Source: Bacteroidales bacterium
Lineage (GTDB): Bacteria; Bacteroidota; Bacteroidia; Bacteroidales; UBA932
Length of the DNA: 64,000 nt
Assembly (NCBI GenBank): GCA_017647795.1
Contig: JAGCJX010000031.1
Location: 1,428-65,427, forward strand
Direction: 5' to 3'
Part shown: positions 1 to 9,350 of the stretch, in pieces
Position numbering within the stretch: the stretch's first letter is position 1
How the letters are laid out: each line of letters begins with the position of its first letter
The notes under the pieces: model-generated
The model's database searches: none
The model's input: only the letters and a program-made list of their open reading frames with translations
What the model was told of the DNA's origin: nothing
Program-made: the position numbers and the translations under genes

Positions 1-401
1 TGCTGCTTATAGGTCTGTTCATGCTGTTTGGAGGCCAGATTAAACTCCCATCAACAGGAATAAGCCGGAACCGTGAAGGACTTGCCGCCAAAGGAGGACT
101 TGGAGCTCTGCTGCTCGGGATGTTGTTTGCTATGGCATTCTGTCCCACAAGTGGAGTACTTTACTTCGGGATGCTGATACCGATGTCGGCAACCTCCCCC
201 GAAGGTTATCTCTATCCCATCTTGTTCGCAATAGCCACTGCCCTGCCGGTAATCATCGTCGCTTGGGTCCTGGCCTTCAGCGCCAGCAAGATATCGGAAA
301 CATACGGCAAGATGAAGACCATTCAGAAATGGCTCAACATCATAGTAGGAATCCTGTTCACATGCATAGGAATATATTACACAATCATTTCAATCAGTTA
401 G
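1..401 (+). CDS. CcdA/DsbD_2-like transmembrane thiol:disulfide protein (possibly ArsG-like), C-terminal part; the 5' end lies outside the window
   Basis: The frame is open from the window edge. The protein has hydrophobic helices and an AFCPTSG motif, and it sits in an ars-type cluster next to a thioredoxin-like gene. Confidence 0.65.
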   Translation, partial: LLIGLFMLFGGQIKLPSTGISRNREGLAAKGGLGALLLGMLFAMAFCPTSGVLYFGMLIPMSATSPEGYLYPILFAIATALPVIIVAWVLAFSASKISETYGKMKTIQKWLNIIVGILFTCIGIYYTIISIS

Positions 402-403
402 TT

Positions 404-637
404 ATGGAAATCAAAGTATTAGGCCCAGGCTGCGCCAGATGCAAGACAGCCTATTCAGTGGTAGAAAAGGTAATCAAGGACAACAATGTAAACGCCACAC
501 TCTCGAAGGTCGATGACATCATGGAGATGATGCAGTACAATATAATGAGAACTCCGGCAATAGTCGTTGACGGAGTCGTACGAATCAAAGGCAAGGTGCC
601 TACAGAGGCAGAAGTAAAGGAGGTACTCGGACTATGA
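404..637 (+). CDS. thioredoxin-family protein (redox-active disulfide protein 2 type)
   Basis: A 77-aa protein starting MEIKVLGPGCARCK with a CxxC motif. The ATG at 404 lies inside listed ORF 263..637 and 3 nt after the upstream stop. Confidence 0.85.
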   Translation: MEIKVLGPGCARCKTAYSVVEKVIKDNNVNATLSKVDDIMEMMQYNIMRTPAIVVDGVVRIKGKVPTEAEVKEVLGL

Positions 638-1602
638 TCCAAAGATTTGCAGACTGGCTCGTCTATGGCATATTCGGTCTGGACGCAGCCACACCTCTGG
701 GAACAGCAGTGAACTTCTTCTTCTATGACACAATCAAGATAGTCATACTGCTGTTCTTCATCAGTCTCATAATGGGCATAATCAATGCCTATTTCCCGAT
801 AGAGAGACTCAGGAAGTTCCTCTCCACACACAAACTGTACGGACTGGATTACTTCCTTGCAGCCCTGTTCGGAGGAATAACACCATTCTGTTCATGCTCG
901 TCAGTTCCTCTTTTCATCGGATTCGTAAAGGGAGGCATACCGCTAGGAGTAACATTTGCCTTTCTCATAGCCTCCCCACTGGTCAGTGAAGTGGCGGTGG
1001 CAATGTTCCTGGGTACATTCGGTCTTAAAGCCACTCTCATCTACATCATCAGCGGAACCCTGTTGGGAATGCTCGGAGGCTTCATACTCGGCAAGATGAA
1101 TCTGGAAAGATACCTCAGCGACTGGGTAAAGACAGCACAGCAACAGTCTGATATCCAGAGCGAAAACTGGGAAATGGAAAAGACCCCGTTCTTCAAGAGG
1201 CTCCCAGCCATAGCAAAGGACTCATTCGGCATAGTCAAAGGAGTATTCATCTACATCCTCATAGGTATCGGAATCGGCGCTGCAATGCATGGTTTCGTGC
1301 CGGAGGGCTTCTTTGAGAACATCCTCTCAGCAGACAAATGGTGGGGAGTTCCGGCAGCAGTCATCCTTGCCGTACCTATGTACGCCAACGCAGCAGGTAT
1401 CGTCCCCATAGTGGAAGTCTTCGTAGCCAAAGGCATTCCGCTCGGCACGGCCATAGCATTCATGATGGCAGTAATCGGCCTCTCGGTTCCTGAAGCAACA
1501 ATGCTCAAAAAAGTAATGACTTGGAAGCTCGTAGGAATATTCTTTGGAGTCGTCACAATATTCATCATCCTCTCAGGATACATATTCAACTGGATACTAT
1601 GA
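634..1602 (+). CDS. ArsP-type permease (predicted permease family with vicinal Cys pair)
   Basis: A 322-aa polytopic protein with a TPFCSCSSVPL motif (CxC). Its start overlaps the upstream stop (ATGA), and arsC follows. Confidence 0.75.
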   Translation: MIQRFADWLVYGIFGLDAATPLGTAVNFFFYDTIKIVILLFFISLIMGIINAYFPIERLRKFLSTHKLYGLDYFLAALFGGITPFCSCSSVPLFIGFVKGGIPLGVTFAFLIASPLVSEVAVAMFLGTFGLKATLIYIISGTLLGMLGGFILGKMNLERYLSDWVKTAQQQSDIQSENWEMEKTPFFKRLPAIAKDSFGIVKGVFIYILIGIGIGAAMHGFVPEGFFENILSADKWWGVPAAVILAVPMYANAAGIVPIVEVFVAKGIPLGTAIAFMMAVIGLSVPEATMLKKVMTWKLVGIFFGVVTIFIILSGYIFNWIL

Positions 1603-2018
1603 GAATACTGATACTTTGCACCGGCAACAGCTGCCGAAGCCAGATGGCCCACGGAATCCTCCAGTCACTCCATCACGACTGGGATGTCCACTCAGCCGGA
1701 ACAAGACCTGCCCTACAGGTCAATCCAAGAGCCATACAAGTGATGGCCGAAATCGGGATAGACATCTCAGACCATACTCCTAAACCAGTAGAAGACTACC
1801 TCGGCCAGGAATGGGACTATGTAATAACAGTATGCGGCGGGGCAAACGAAACCTGCCCCGCCTTCATCGGCAAAGTCCGCCACAGACTCCACATAGGCTT
1901 CGAAGATCCCTCAGAAACAATTGGAGATGAACAGACTATAATGGATGACTTCCGCAGAATACGAGATCAAATCAAAGTACATCTTCCCGATACGATAACA
2001 GAAGACATAGAATCGTAA
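1599..2018 (+). CDS. arsC: arsenate reductase, LMW-PTP / thioredoxin-coupled type
   Basis: N-terminal MRILILCTGNSCRSQMA P-loop (CX5R) plus downstream Cys residues (VCGGANETCP). The ATG at 1599 overlaps the stop of the permease gene. Confidence 0.9.
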   Translation: MRILILCTGNSCRSQMAHGILQSLHHDWDVHSAGTRPALQVNPRAIQVMAEIGIDISDHTPKPVEDYLGQEWDYVITVCGGANETCPAFIGKVRHRLHIGFEDPSETIGDEQTIMDDFRRIRDQIKVHLPDTITEDIES

Positions 2019-2024
2019 GCACAA

Positions 2025-2099
2025 GTAAATTCGAATTTATCTGCGAGATACAAGCCTAGCAACCGCGTCAGGCTTCGTTGTATATATAAATCGGCACTT
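2025..2099 (+). repeat. about 75-nt hairpin-containing element, copy A (paired with 5134..5210)
   Basis: GTAAATTC..ATTTATCT..GAGATA..AGCCT[loop]AGGCTTCGTTGTATATATAAA..GGCACTT, starting just after the arsC stop. By-eye alignment to copy B gives roughly three quarters identity. Confidence 0.6.
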
Positions 2100-2186
2100 T
2101 CGACACATAACTGCCAAATCAAGGCTTAATTGTGTATGTTAGCAAGGTGTCCCTGAATCGGGACTGAACAGTTTTCAGGTAAATCC

Positions 2187-3536
2187 TTATGGAATGATGA
2201 TGCTTTCTGGTGTACTTGGCTTGAAGAACATAGAATAATATATCGGAAGATATGAAATCTTATCCTTAACCACAATCTCACGGTCATTCGAAAGAACAAC
2301 AGCCCGCTTGATATTGTATTCTTCATTATCTACAAACTTATCAAGTGCCCTATGGCCCTTGTAGTCCTTACCCGACTTTACCTCTATCGGTAAAACCGTA
2401 AGATTGTCATAGTCATCTACCAGGTAATCCACCTCTCCTTTGGCCTTATTGTCATAATACTTTAGTTCATATCCGTGTGCTTTCAGTTCCTGCGCCACAA
2501 CAGTTTCATAGACAGCACCTAGGTTTATACTTCTCTCGTCAGCCAGTATTGCATTGATATTGTATTTGTAAAGGATATTGGTCAACAACCCCACATCATT
2601 GAGATACAGTTTTATCAGCTTCTTGCTTTCTGACTCCTTTAACGGAAACTTCGGATTGGAAATAGCCAGTACGTCAAGAGCAATTCCTGACGCGACAAGG
2701 TATTCCAGTTCTTCTAGGTAATCGGAACTACGCTTACCCTTCTTACCTTCGATGTCCTTATAATACAACCTATTCTTTTTGTTCTCCATGTTGGAAGGAA
2801 TCATTCCGTAAATCCTTTTAATTATAAGAGCCTTGGCCGGATTATACTGGACTGCATCATCCTTATAAAGTGAATAAATTTCATCATGCACAGCACGTAC
2901 TGCAACAATATTACTTGTCTGAAGATATGTATTAACTGCATCCGGAAGACCTCCAATAAGGAGATACCTCTTATATAAATCCAGAAACTTCCTATGAAGA
3001 GACTGCTCCAATGGATGGAAATTGTCGAACTGCTTTCGGGCATGGTCTATAACCTCTTCTCCAACATCATTTGCCCAAAGGAACTCCTCAAAATCCAAAG
3101 GAGACATCTTAAGCCTTTGAATCCTGCCACCAGGTCTTGACATAGTCTGGTTAAGGGCTAGTCCCAGCTGTGAGCCACTTGCTATGTAGGTAAACCTTTC
3201 GTCATCCTTTAGAAATTTTAGCAATGTCAGAAGAGGAGGATACACCTGTATCTCGTCCAGAAAGACAAGTGTATCATCTGCATTACCCATTCTGTCACCC
3301 GCATACGCACTTAGTCGAAGATAGAAATCCTTCACAGTCGTGACATCTGCAAACAACTGATCACCTCTCTTATCCTCCCAGAAGTTAACCTCAATGTAGT
3401 TTTTGAAGTATTTCTGTCCTTCATGCCTGATTATATATGACTTACCTATCTGTCTGGCACCATCTATTACCAGGACCTTATTTGAACCATTCTGATAATA
3501 ATCCTGAAGGATTCTTTGAACTTTTCTCCTTAGCAT
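2187..3536 (-). CDS. AAA+ ATPase with C-terminal DUF4143-like domain
   Basis: 449 aa with a Walker A motif, GARQIGKS. The architecture is typical of Bacteroidales ATP-binding proteins, and the block is AT-rich. Confidence 0.8.
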   Translation of the reverse strand: MLRRKVQRILQDYYQNGSNKVLVIDGARQIGKSYIIRHEGQKYFKNYIEVNFWEDKRGDQLFADVTTVKDFYLRLSAYAGDRMGNADDTLVFLDEIQVYPPLLTLLKFLKDDERFTYIASGSQLGLALNQTMSRPGGRIQRLKMSPLDFEEFLWANDVGEEVIDHARKQFDNFHPLEQSLHRKFLDLYKRYLLIGGLPDAVNTYLQTSNIVAVRAVHDEIYSLYKDDAVQYNPAKALIIKRIYGMIPSNMENKKNRLYYKDIEGKKGKRSSDYLEELEYLVASGIALDVLAISNPKFPLKESESKKLIKLYLNDVGLLTNILYKYNINAILADERSINLGAVYETVVAQELKAHGYELKYYDNKAKGEVDYLVDDYDNLTVLPIEVKSGKDYKGHRALDKFVDNEEYNIKRAVVLSNDREIVVKDKISYLPIYYSMFFKPSTPESIIIP

Positions 3537-3633
3537 ACACTTATTCTAATATTTTGATAGCTCAAAAATACACTTATTCCAAAAATATTGCAAGGAATTT
3601 ATACACTTATTCCAAAAGAAAGAGCCACAGTGT
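3535..3633. repeat. three tandem 33-bp units, each beginning ATACACTTATTC(C/T)AA
   Basis: Units start at 3535, 3568 and 3601 with an exact 33-bp period. The first unit overlaps the start codon of the minus-strand ATPase gene. Confidence 0.7.
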
Positions 3634-3832
3634 GGAGATTCTGACTGATTAGCAGCATGAGGTTCTTGAATGTGTTCGGAAGAGGAATCTACATTTGCAG
3701 ATATAAATGAGTGAAGCCGAGATAGACTATTATTTCTCACTCCTATTTTGTAATTTTACACTCACAAATCGGGATTTGTGTGTCACGGATTAAGTGTTAC
3801 AAGCATCTTGTAAGTGAAGAAAATAAAATGTT

Positions 3833-4381
3833 ATGAAACGGTTATTGCAAACGTTAATACTTACCACAACATTTTTCAGCTTAGTTTCATGCGATAAGAA
3901 TAATAATCTTGTGCATCATACTGTAGATAATCCAGTCTCCGCTGAAATAGATGGGACACTATTCCAAAGTGCTCCTGAGAAGATATTAAATTATGGTGGT
4001 AATGTTCATCAATTGATCGAAAGTGATGATGAATTCGTTTTTATCACAGCTCGGAGAATCAGTTCAAATGAAAGATCATATACTATCCGTATTGAACTGA
4101 ATCATAACGAATCATTTGAATTGAACAAACGATATACATTCAATGGAGAAGTAACTGACGATTATTATATAATAGGACTTCTTCTTGATACTGATGAAAA
4201 GTGGTTGGAGCATGGTGCAACCTCAGGTTGGATAGAGTTTACTGAATTGTCAAAAGGTTACCACACATCTGTTTCTGGAAAATTTGAGATGGAATGCATA
4301 GACTCAGACAATAGCTCTATTGAGGTCAAGAATGGTGAATTCGGACCACTACGGGTCTCTTATGATTACATTAAGGAGTAA
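3833..4381 (+). CDS. hypothetical lipoprotein
   Basis: Signal peptide with lipobox (FFSLVSC); 182 aa; no family recognised. Confidence 0.6.
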   Translation: MKRLLQTLILTTTFFSLVSCDKNNNLVHHTVDNPVSAEIDGTLFQSAPEKILNYGGNVHQLIESDDEFVFITARRISSNERSYTIRIELNHNESFELNKRYTFNGEVTDDYYIIGLLLDTDEKWLEHGATSGWIEFTELSKGYHTSVSGKFEMECIDSDNSSIEVKNGEFGPLRVSYDYIKE

Positions 4382-4591
4382 ATACCAATTTAACTTAGTG
4401 ATTAAGTCTATCTGAAATAGCCGGATTGATCAAAAGTTATGCTTGATAGATTTTGAGGCGGTTCGAAGCAAATAAGACTTTGAAGATAAAGCACATACAG
4501 ATACTTGCTGATAGATTATAGGCCTATTGAAATAGCACTAAAGAGATTTAATCAATCTAACTTTGTCTAATAACTAATAAAAATTTCAATT

Positions 4592-5134
4592 ATGGACATC
4601 AAGAGCTTAATCAATCTTTTCAGAGCACGACTCTTTAACATCAAGTTGTTCGGCAATCTTCGTATAGGATTATACAGGGAGATTTCCATTGAAGAACTCA
4701 TAGAATTCATCACCGATTTCCGAAATTTCTGTCAGTCCAAAAACGTACAGATTGAGGAAACGGGGACAAAACTCCCACTTCCCGTAAACAGTAATTTCAG
4801 TATACTAGAAAGGCTTTGCGAACAGTATTATATATATGAGGATACTGATAAATTCCAGAAAAAAATCATTCAAGAGGTGAATGAGATAATTGATGAGTTG
4901 CGTAGGGATCCAAAAACTCAAAAAGATCTGGAGGCATGGCTAAATGCAACTCAAGATAATGTAGTCTCTAAACTCCGGGCAGCCCACCCAGAATTTAAGG
5001 AGGAAGATATCAGATTGTTCTGCTATATATCTGCCGGATTCACTCCTACGATGATATCAGTTTTGCTCAAAAAGGACAAAAGCGTAGTCTACAACAGAGT
5101 ATCGCGACTTAAAGCGAAGATCAAGTGTTTATAG
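4592..5134 (+). CDS. hypothetical protein with C-terminal LuxR-like HTH
   Basis: The C-terminal segment DIRLFCYISAGFTPTMISVLLKKDKSVVYNRVSRLKAKI resembles LuxR/GerE-type HTH tails of small Bacteroidales regulators. Confidence 0.5.
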   Translation: MDIKSLINLFRARLFNIKLFGNLRIGLYREISIEELIEFITDFRNFCQSKNVQIEETGTKLPLPVNSNFSILERLCEQYYIYEDTDKFQKKIIQEVNEIIDELRRDPKTQKDLEAWLNATQDNVVSKLRAAHPEFKEEDIRLFCYISAGFTPTMISVLLKKDKSVVYNRVSRLKAKIKCL

Positions 5135-5210
5135 TAAATTCAGATTTATCTAAGAGATATGAGCCTGGTACACTGTGCCGGGCTTCGTCGTATATATAAA
5201 GGCGGCACTT
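5134..5210 (+). repeat. about 75-nt hairpin-containing element, copy B (paired with 2025..2099)
   Basis: Same conserved blocks as copy A. The hairpin stem is retained with a different loop (AGCCTGG..CCGGGCT). The element starts on the stop codon of the preceding gene. Confidence 0.6.
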
Positions 5211-5533
5211 GCCTACTTCCATCCAGTCAGTCGGCAACCTTCTATACCCCATGCACACATAAAACGCCCGGCAAGACTTCAGCCAGCACAGCTGTCAGAA
5301 GACTTGCCCTGATAGGCAGAGCGGTATCAGAAGGCTTACGCCCTCTTCACTTTTATAACTCGCTCCGCTCGATCGGAGCAACTGGTAATCTTGTGATTCC
5401 ACCCAAAATCGCATATCTTTACACAAACAAAATTAATTTGCAGGAGTATTATCCCCCTTACAATTGTAGCTGCAATAGCTACTTTTGCAGCAATTCAGGA
5501 AGGATATTATATTGGAACAGGGCGTGAAATTAT

Positions 5534-6352
5534 ATGATCCAGGAAGCATTCAATTTTTATAAACCGTGTAAGTTGTTACAGCCTTATGTGAGGTACTATT
5601 GGGTATTCAGTAGCAATCAGATGCCGAATACCTATACATTTCCCATAGGATGCCCTCAGATTATCTTCCATAAGCGGACGCCGTTGTATATTCCAGAATT
5701 GGGTACGACACAGAGCAAACTGACAATCAGCGGCCAAGTCAATTTCTCATCACATCTGCAAGCGGATGACAACATTGAAATGATTGTTGTGGTGTTCCAT
5801 CCCCACACGATAAATATGTTTCTGAATGCACCGGCTTCGTCATTCTATAATCAAGAAATTTCCGGATACGATATTGAAGATGAACAGCTGAACGAATTGG
5901 CAACACAAGTGTTCGAATGTGAGGATAACAACCTTTGCGTGACTCTGATCGAAAACTGGTTGCTGGATCGCTTATCAATCAGATCATACGACACCCTATA
6001 TCGGGTAAAACGAATGAATGCGGCTATAGAACAGCTGTTTACTGCACCTCAGACCCTGGTGGCAGACTTGTCTTCAGCCTGCTGCTTAAGTAAAAAACAA
6101 TTCGAGCGTGAGTTCAATCTGCACATAGGGATGAACCCTAAAGAATATGCACGTATTGTCCGCTTTCAGAAAGCCTTGAAACAAATGCAGCATCGGCAAG
6201 GCAAAATCAATCAGGCAGATTTGGCATATACATGCGGCTATTCCGACCAGTCGCACCTCATAAGAGAGTTCAGAAAGCTTTGCGGCTACACTCCTCTATC
6301 CCTGCTTGAAGTTGCAACTCCTTATTCCGATTTATTTGCTACACCAGTCTAA
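5534..6352 (+). CDS. AraC-family transcriptional regulator
   Basis: C-terminal double HTH (KKQFEREFNLHIGMNPKEYARIVRF ... GYSDQSHLIREFRKLCGYTP). A TACTTTTG -7 box lies at 5480..5487. Confidence 0.85.
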   Translation: MIQEAFNFYKPCKLLQPYVRYYWVFSSNQMPNTYTFPIGCPQIIFHKRTPLYIPELGTTQSKLTISGQVNFSSHLQADDNIEMIVVVFHPHTINMFLNAPASSFYNQEISGYDIEDEQLNELATQVFECEDNNLCVTLIENWLLDRLSIRSYDTLYRVKRMNAAIEQLFTAPQTLVADLSSACCLSKKQFEREFNLHIGMNPKEYARIVRFQKALKQMQHRQGKINQADLAYTCGYSDQSHLIREFRKLCGYTPLSLLEVATPYSDLFATPV

Positions 6353-6417
6353 AAGTCTCATTTGTTCTATAGAAGGAAGTATGCTTCTTCTACTTTTGCA
6401 GCTACAAACAGAAAAGT

Positions 6418-7038
6418 ATGAAAGAAGTCAATCCTCAAGAAACTACACGTGCATACGCCTTTGAGATGTGGATGAAGGCACCTAATCCGATGGTCACATT
6501 CATCAAGACTCTAGACATCACACGCCTAGTGAAGGTCAGCCGGCGCAGAAGACTGAAGTTCAATATGCTCCTTGACTGGTGTATCGGTAAGGCAGCTGCG
6601 TCTGTCAAGGAGTTCTACCTACTGCCGGTCCGTGATAAACTAATTCAGTACGATAGCATTGCTGTCAATACCATTGTGAAGAACAGGACAGGAGAAGTCA
6701 GTTCCTGCGACATCCTCTTCCACGACAGTCTATCTGACTTCAACGTGGAATATTTGCAATATACAGCACAGGTAGCAGAAACCTGCCAAGATAGAGACCT
6801 GTCAGGCAGCAGCATGGTCATCGGTACCTCAGCCATCATCGACACTGAACTGGACGGAGCAATCGGTATGAACAGCGGTATTTTCAACAATCCGTTCCTC
6901 ATCTGGGGCAGGTACAAGAAGAGATTCTTCCGCTACTACCTGACACTCTCCTTCCAGTTCCACCACACCCAGATGGACGGCGCTCACGCAGGTAAATTCT
7001 TAGCCAACCTGCAGAACGAAATCAACAGGTTGGCATAG
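6418..7038 (+). CDS. CAT-family (type A chloramphenicol acetyltransferase-like) O-acetyltransferase
   Basis: 206 aa with the catalytic-region motif FQFHHTQMDGAHAGKF. A TACTTTTG box lies at 6391..6398. Confidence 0.75.
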   Translation: MKEVNPQETTRAYAFEMWMKAPNPMVTFIKTLDITRLVKVSRRRRLKFNMLLDWCIGKAAASVKEFYLLPVRDKLIQYDSIAVNTIVKNRTGEVSSCDILFHDSLSDFNVEYLQYTAQVAETCQDRDLSGSSMVIGTSAIIDTELDGAIGMNSGIFNNPFLIWGRYKKRFFRYYLTLSFQFHHTQMDGAHAGKFLANLQNEINRLA

Positions 7039-7220
7039 CTCAGACTATCTGCTTACAGGTACTTCCCATGGCTGCAACCTGCTCGCAGTACTCAATGTCC
7101 ATATTCTCCTGCCTGCCGATTATGTAATCAGGTCACCCAAATGTCCAGGTGACATAACATAGAAACTATTTGAAAAATTTCAAGAATCAATCAACAGCTG
7201 GGAGCCCTTGTGCGACCTAG

Positions 7221-7814
7221 TCAAGGGCACGGGAATCGGATACTATTGAGACCGGAAAGCGTCAGGTATTCCAGTGCCTTGGCATTGTACAGGGCGCCGA
7301 TCATGGCCACACCACCAAATCCGAGGTGTTTCAGATAAGGTATGGAATCGAACGTGACTCCTCCAAGGGCCACGACCTTTTTGTCAATAATACCCTGGGC
7401 GGATGCTTCCTGCAATTCCTCTTTGCTGAAGCCCGCTTTGTATCCGACTTTGGAAATGCTGTCGAAGATCGGGCTGAGGAAGACGTAGTCGCATGCATCC
7501 TTGTATCGGATAACTTCCTCGAACGTGTGGCAGGAACGGGTTCGAGAGCCGGTATAACCTTCCGGCAGGCATCTTACCTTCCCGTTCAGATGGATCCCCT
7601 TGAGCGAGAATTCATCGTACAGTTCCGGATAATCGTGGACGACGATCCGTTTTCTTTCATGCTCCGTCAATTCCTGCAGCAGGCTCCGGCAATCGTCCAC
7701 AGTAGCATCCGGTTTCCTCAGGTGGAGGGTGTCGATTCCGCATCGGATCAGACCTCGGATCAGACGGACATCGTCCTCCTCCACCCTTGGAGTCGTGATG
7801 GCCAGGATCCTCAT
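7221..7814 (-). CDS. ThiE/TenI-family protein (thiamine-phosphate synthase-like)
   Basis: 197 aa with a TIM-barrel ThiE-like sequence (LHLRKP..., FLSPIFDS, ALGG). It overlaps the thi4 stop by 4 nt. Confidence 0.7.
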   Translation of the reverse strand: MRILAITTPRVEEDDVRLIRGLIRCGIDTLHLRKPDATVDDCRSLLQELTEHERKRIVVHDYPELYDEFSLKGIHLNGKVRCLPEGYTGSRTRSCHTFEEVIRYKDACDYVFLSPIFDSISKVGYKAGFSKEELQEASAQGIIDKKVVALGGVTFDSIPYLKHLGFGGVAMIGALYNAKALEYLTLSGLNSIRFPCP

Positions 7815-8584
7815 GATTTCAATTTCTCAATGATCAGATCGGCTACCTTTTTGCCCGACATGAGCATACCGCCGAAAATAGGTCCCATGCGGGGGGTTCC
7901 ACTGACCGCAGAGGCGGCCATGCCACACACATACAGTCCCGGATAAATCTCCTTCGTTCCGTTTACGACCTCCTCTTCACCGGAAACTACATCCAGCGAG
8001 CGTTCGCCGATGACATCGCCTGTATCCGTGGCCAGGCGTATGCCGTTCTTACGCGCTACGGTCCTGCACATTTCGCTGTCATGGCCCGTACCGTCGATTA
8101 CACATTTTGCCAGAATGTTCAGCGGATCCACGTGCATCCCTTCCCGGAGAACCGGAGTCCAATTCACCACGACGCCGCTGACTACATTGTTTTTGAAGAT
8201 AACATCTTCCACAGAATAGCAGTTGAACAGGGTCGCACCTGCGTGAACTGCCTGGTACAGGAGCGCGGAGGTACTCTCAACGGAATCCATGACATAAAGA
8301 CCCTCATCATACCGTTCATAGTTGATCGCAAACTCCTTTACGATGGGAAGTGCTTCTTCCTGAACGACAATCTGGTTGAACATCATGGCTCCACCCCACA
8401 TACCGCCACCCGGAGCAAGTTTCCGGTCAAACTGCGCCACTTTCAAACCGGCCTTTGCCAGATAGTAGGCGGCCACAATACCGGACGGACCTCCACCCAC
8501 AATGGCCACATCCAAATCCAAATTTCTTTCCAACTTGTTAAAATAGGTACTGATGATACCTCTTGAAACGTTCTTTTCAATCAT
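7811..8584 (-). CDS. thi4: Thi4-type thiazole synthase, non-Cys (His) active-site variant
   Basis: FAD/NAD-fold motif VAIVGGGPSGI and GGGMWGGAMMFN. The segment NWTPVLREGMHVDP aligns with yeast NWT..QCCMDP and places His where the yeast suicide Cys sits. Confidence 0.85.
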   Translation of the reverse strand: MIEKNVSRGIISTYFNKLERNLDLDVAIVGGGPSGIVAAYYLAKAGLKVAQFDRKLAPGGGMWGGAMMFNQIVVQEEALPIVKEFAINYERYDEGLYVMDSVESTSALLYQAVHAGATLFNCYSVEDVIFKNNVVSGVVVNWTPVLREGMHVDPLNILAKCVIDGTGHDSEMCRTVARKNGIRLATDTGDVIGERSLDVVSGEEEVVNGTKEIYPGLYVCGMAASAVSGTPRMGPIFGGMLMSGKKVADLIIEKLKS

Positions 8585-8614
8585 AACAATTTAGTTAAAT
8601 GGTTTATGAATCAA

Positions 8615-9283
8615 TTATCTGTTTGTTTTTATAAGATCCACGATGTGCCGCATCTCTTCCACGGGATCATTGGCGTTGATGATGCTTCCGCTTAGGGCAA
8701 TGCCGTGCACACCGCAGGTCAACAGCTGCGGAATATCTTCTCGATGAATTCCTCCGATAGCAACCACCGGAATGTGGATATCGGCCTCACGCATCCTATC
8801 CAGCAGATCGCGATAACCTTCCAGCCCGAGAACCGGAGCAAGATTCTTTTTGGTCGTGGTAAAACGAAAAGGACCGCAACCGAAATAATCGGGTCTGGAA
8901 TCACGGAGGACCGATGACAGGTCTTCGAAAGAATGGATGGTACTGCCGATGATGAAACGGTCGCCAAGTATTTTACGGGCTTCTGCCACAGGCATATCAT
9001 TCTTGCCCAGATGCACCCCGTCGGCATGAATTTTTTTGGCCACGGAAACATGGTCATCGATGATGAAGGTGGCACCATACTCCCGGCACATTGTCTGAAC
9101 GGTGCGTGCCGTTTCTTCCAATACGGATGCCGGGGCCTCTTTCATGCGTAACTGGATCCAGCGGCAGCCGCCTTCCAGGGCAAGACGAGCAGAATCGACG
9201 TAAGAATACACATCATTGTGATGCGTGATGAACTGAAGCCTGCATTTCTCGGTTAGATCTTCTGAGATTGTTGTGGTTTTCAT
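8615..9283 (-). CDS. thiE: thiamine-phosphate synthase
   Basis: ThiE motifs are present (QLRMKE, FIIDDHV, DGVHLGKND, AIGGI). The ATG at 9283 is preferred over the TTG at 9340 listed in the ORF track. Confidence 0.85.
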   Translation of the reverse strand: MKTTTISEDLTEKCRLQFITHHNDVYSYVDSARLALEGGCRWIQLRMKEAPASVLEETARTVQTMCREYGATFIIDDHVSVAKKIHADGVHLGKNDMPVAEARKILGDRFIIGSTIHSFEDLSSVLRDSRPDYFGCGPFRFTTTKKNLAPVLGLEGYRDLLDRMREADIHIPVVAIGGIHREDIPQLLTCGVHGIALSGSIINANDPVEEMRHIVDLIKTNR

Positions 9284-9350
9284 TGTCAATTTGTTCGTAT
9301 ACAACCCAGAGAAGACGGCTTGATCCAAGCCTGCAAACAATGAATACCAT

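Noticed and set aside
5159-5527. 122-aa ORF in the gap between the LuxR-tail gene and the AraC gene
   Set aside because: It begins inside repeat element B and runs over hairpin-rich sequence and the AraC promoter box. It has no family resemblance and a low-complexity Ser/Arg/Cys composition, so it is more likely non-coding.
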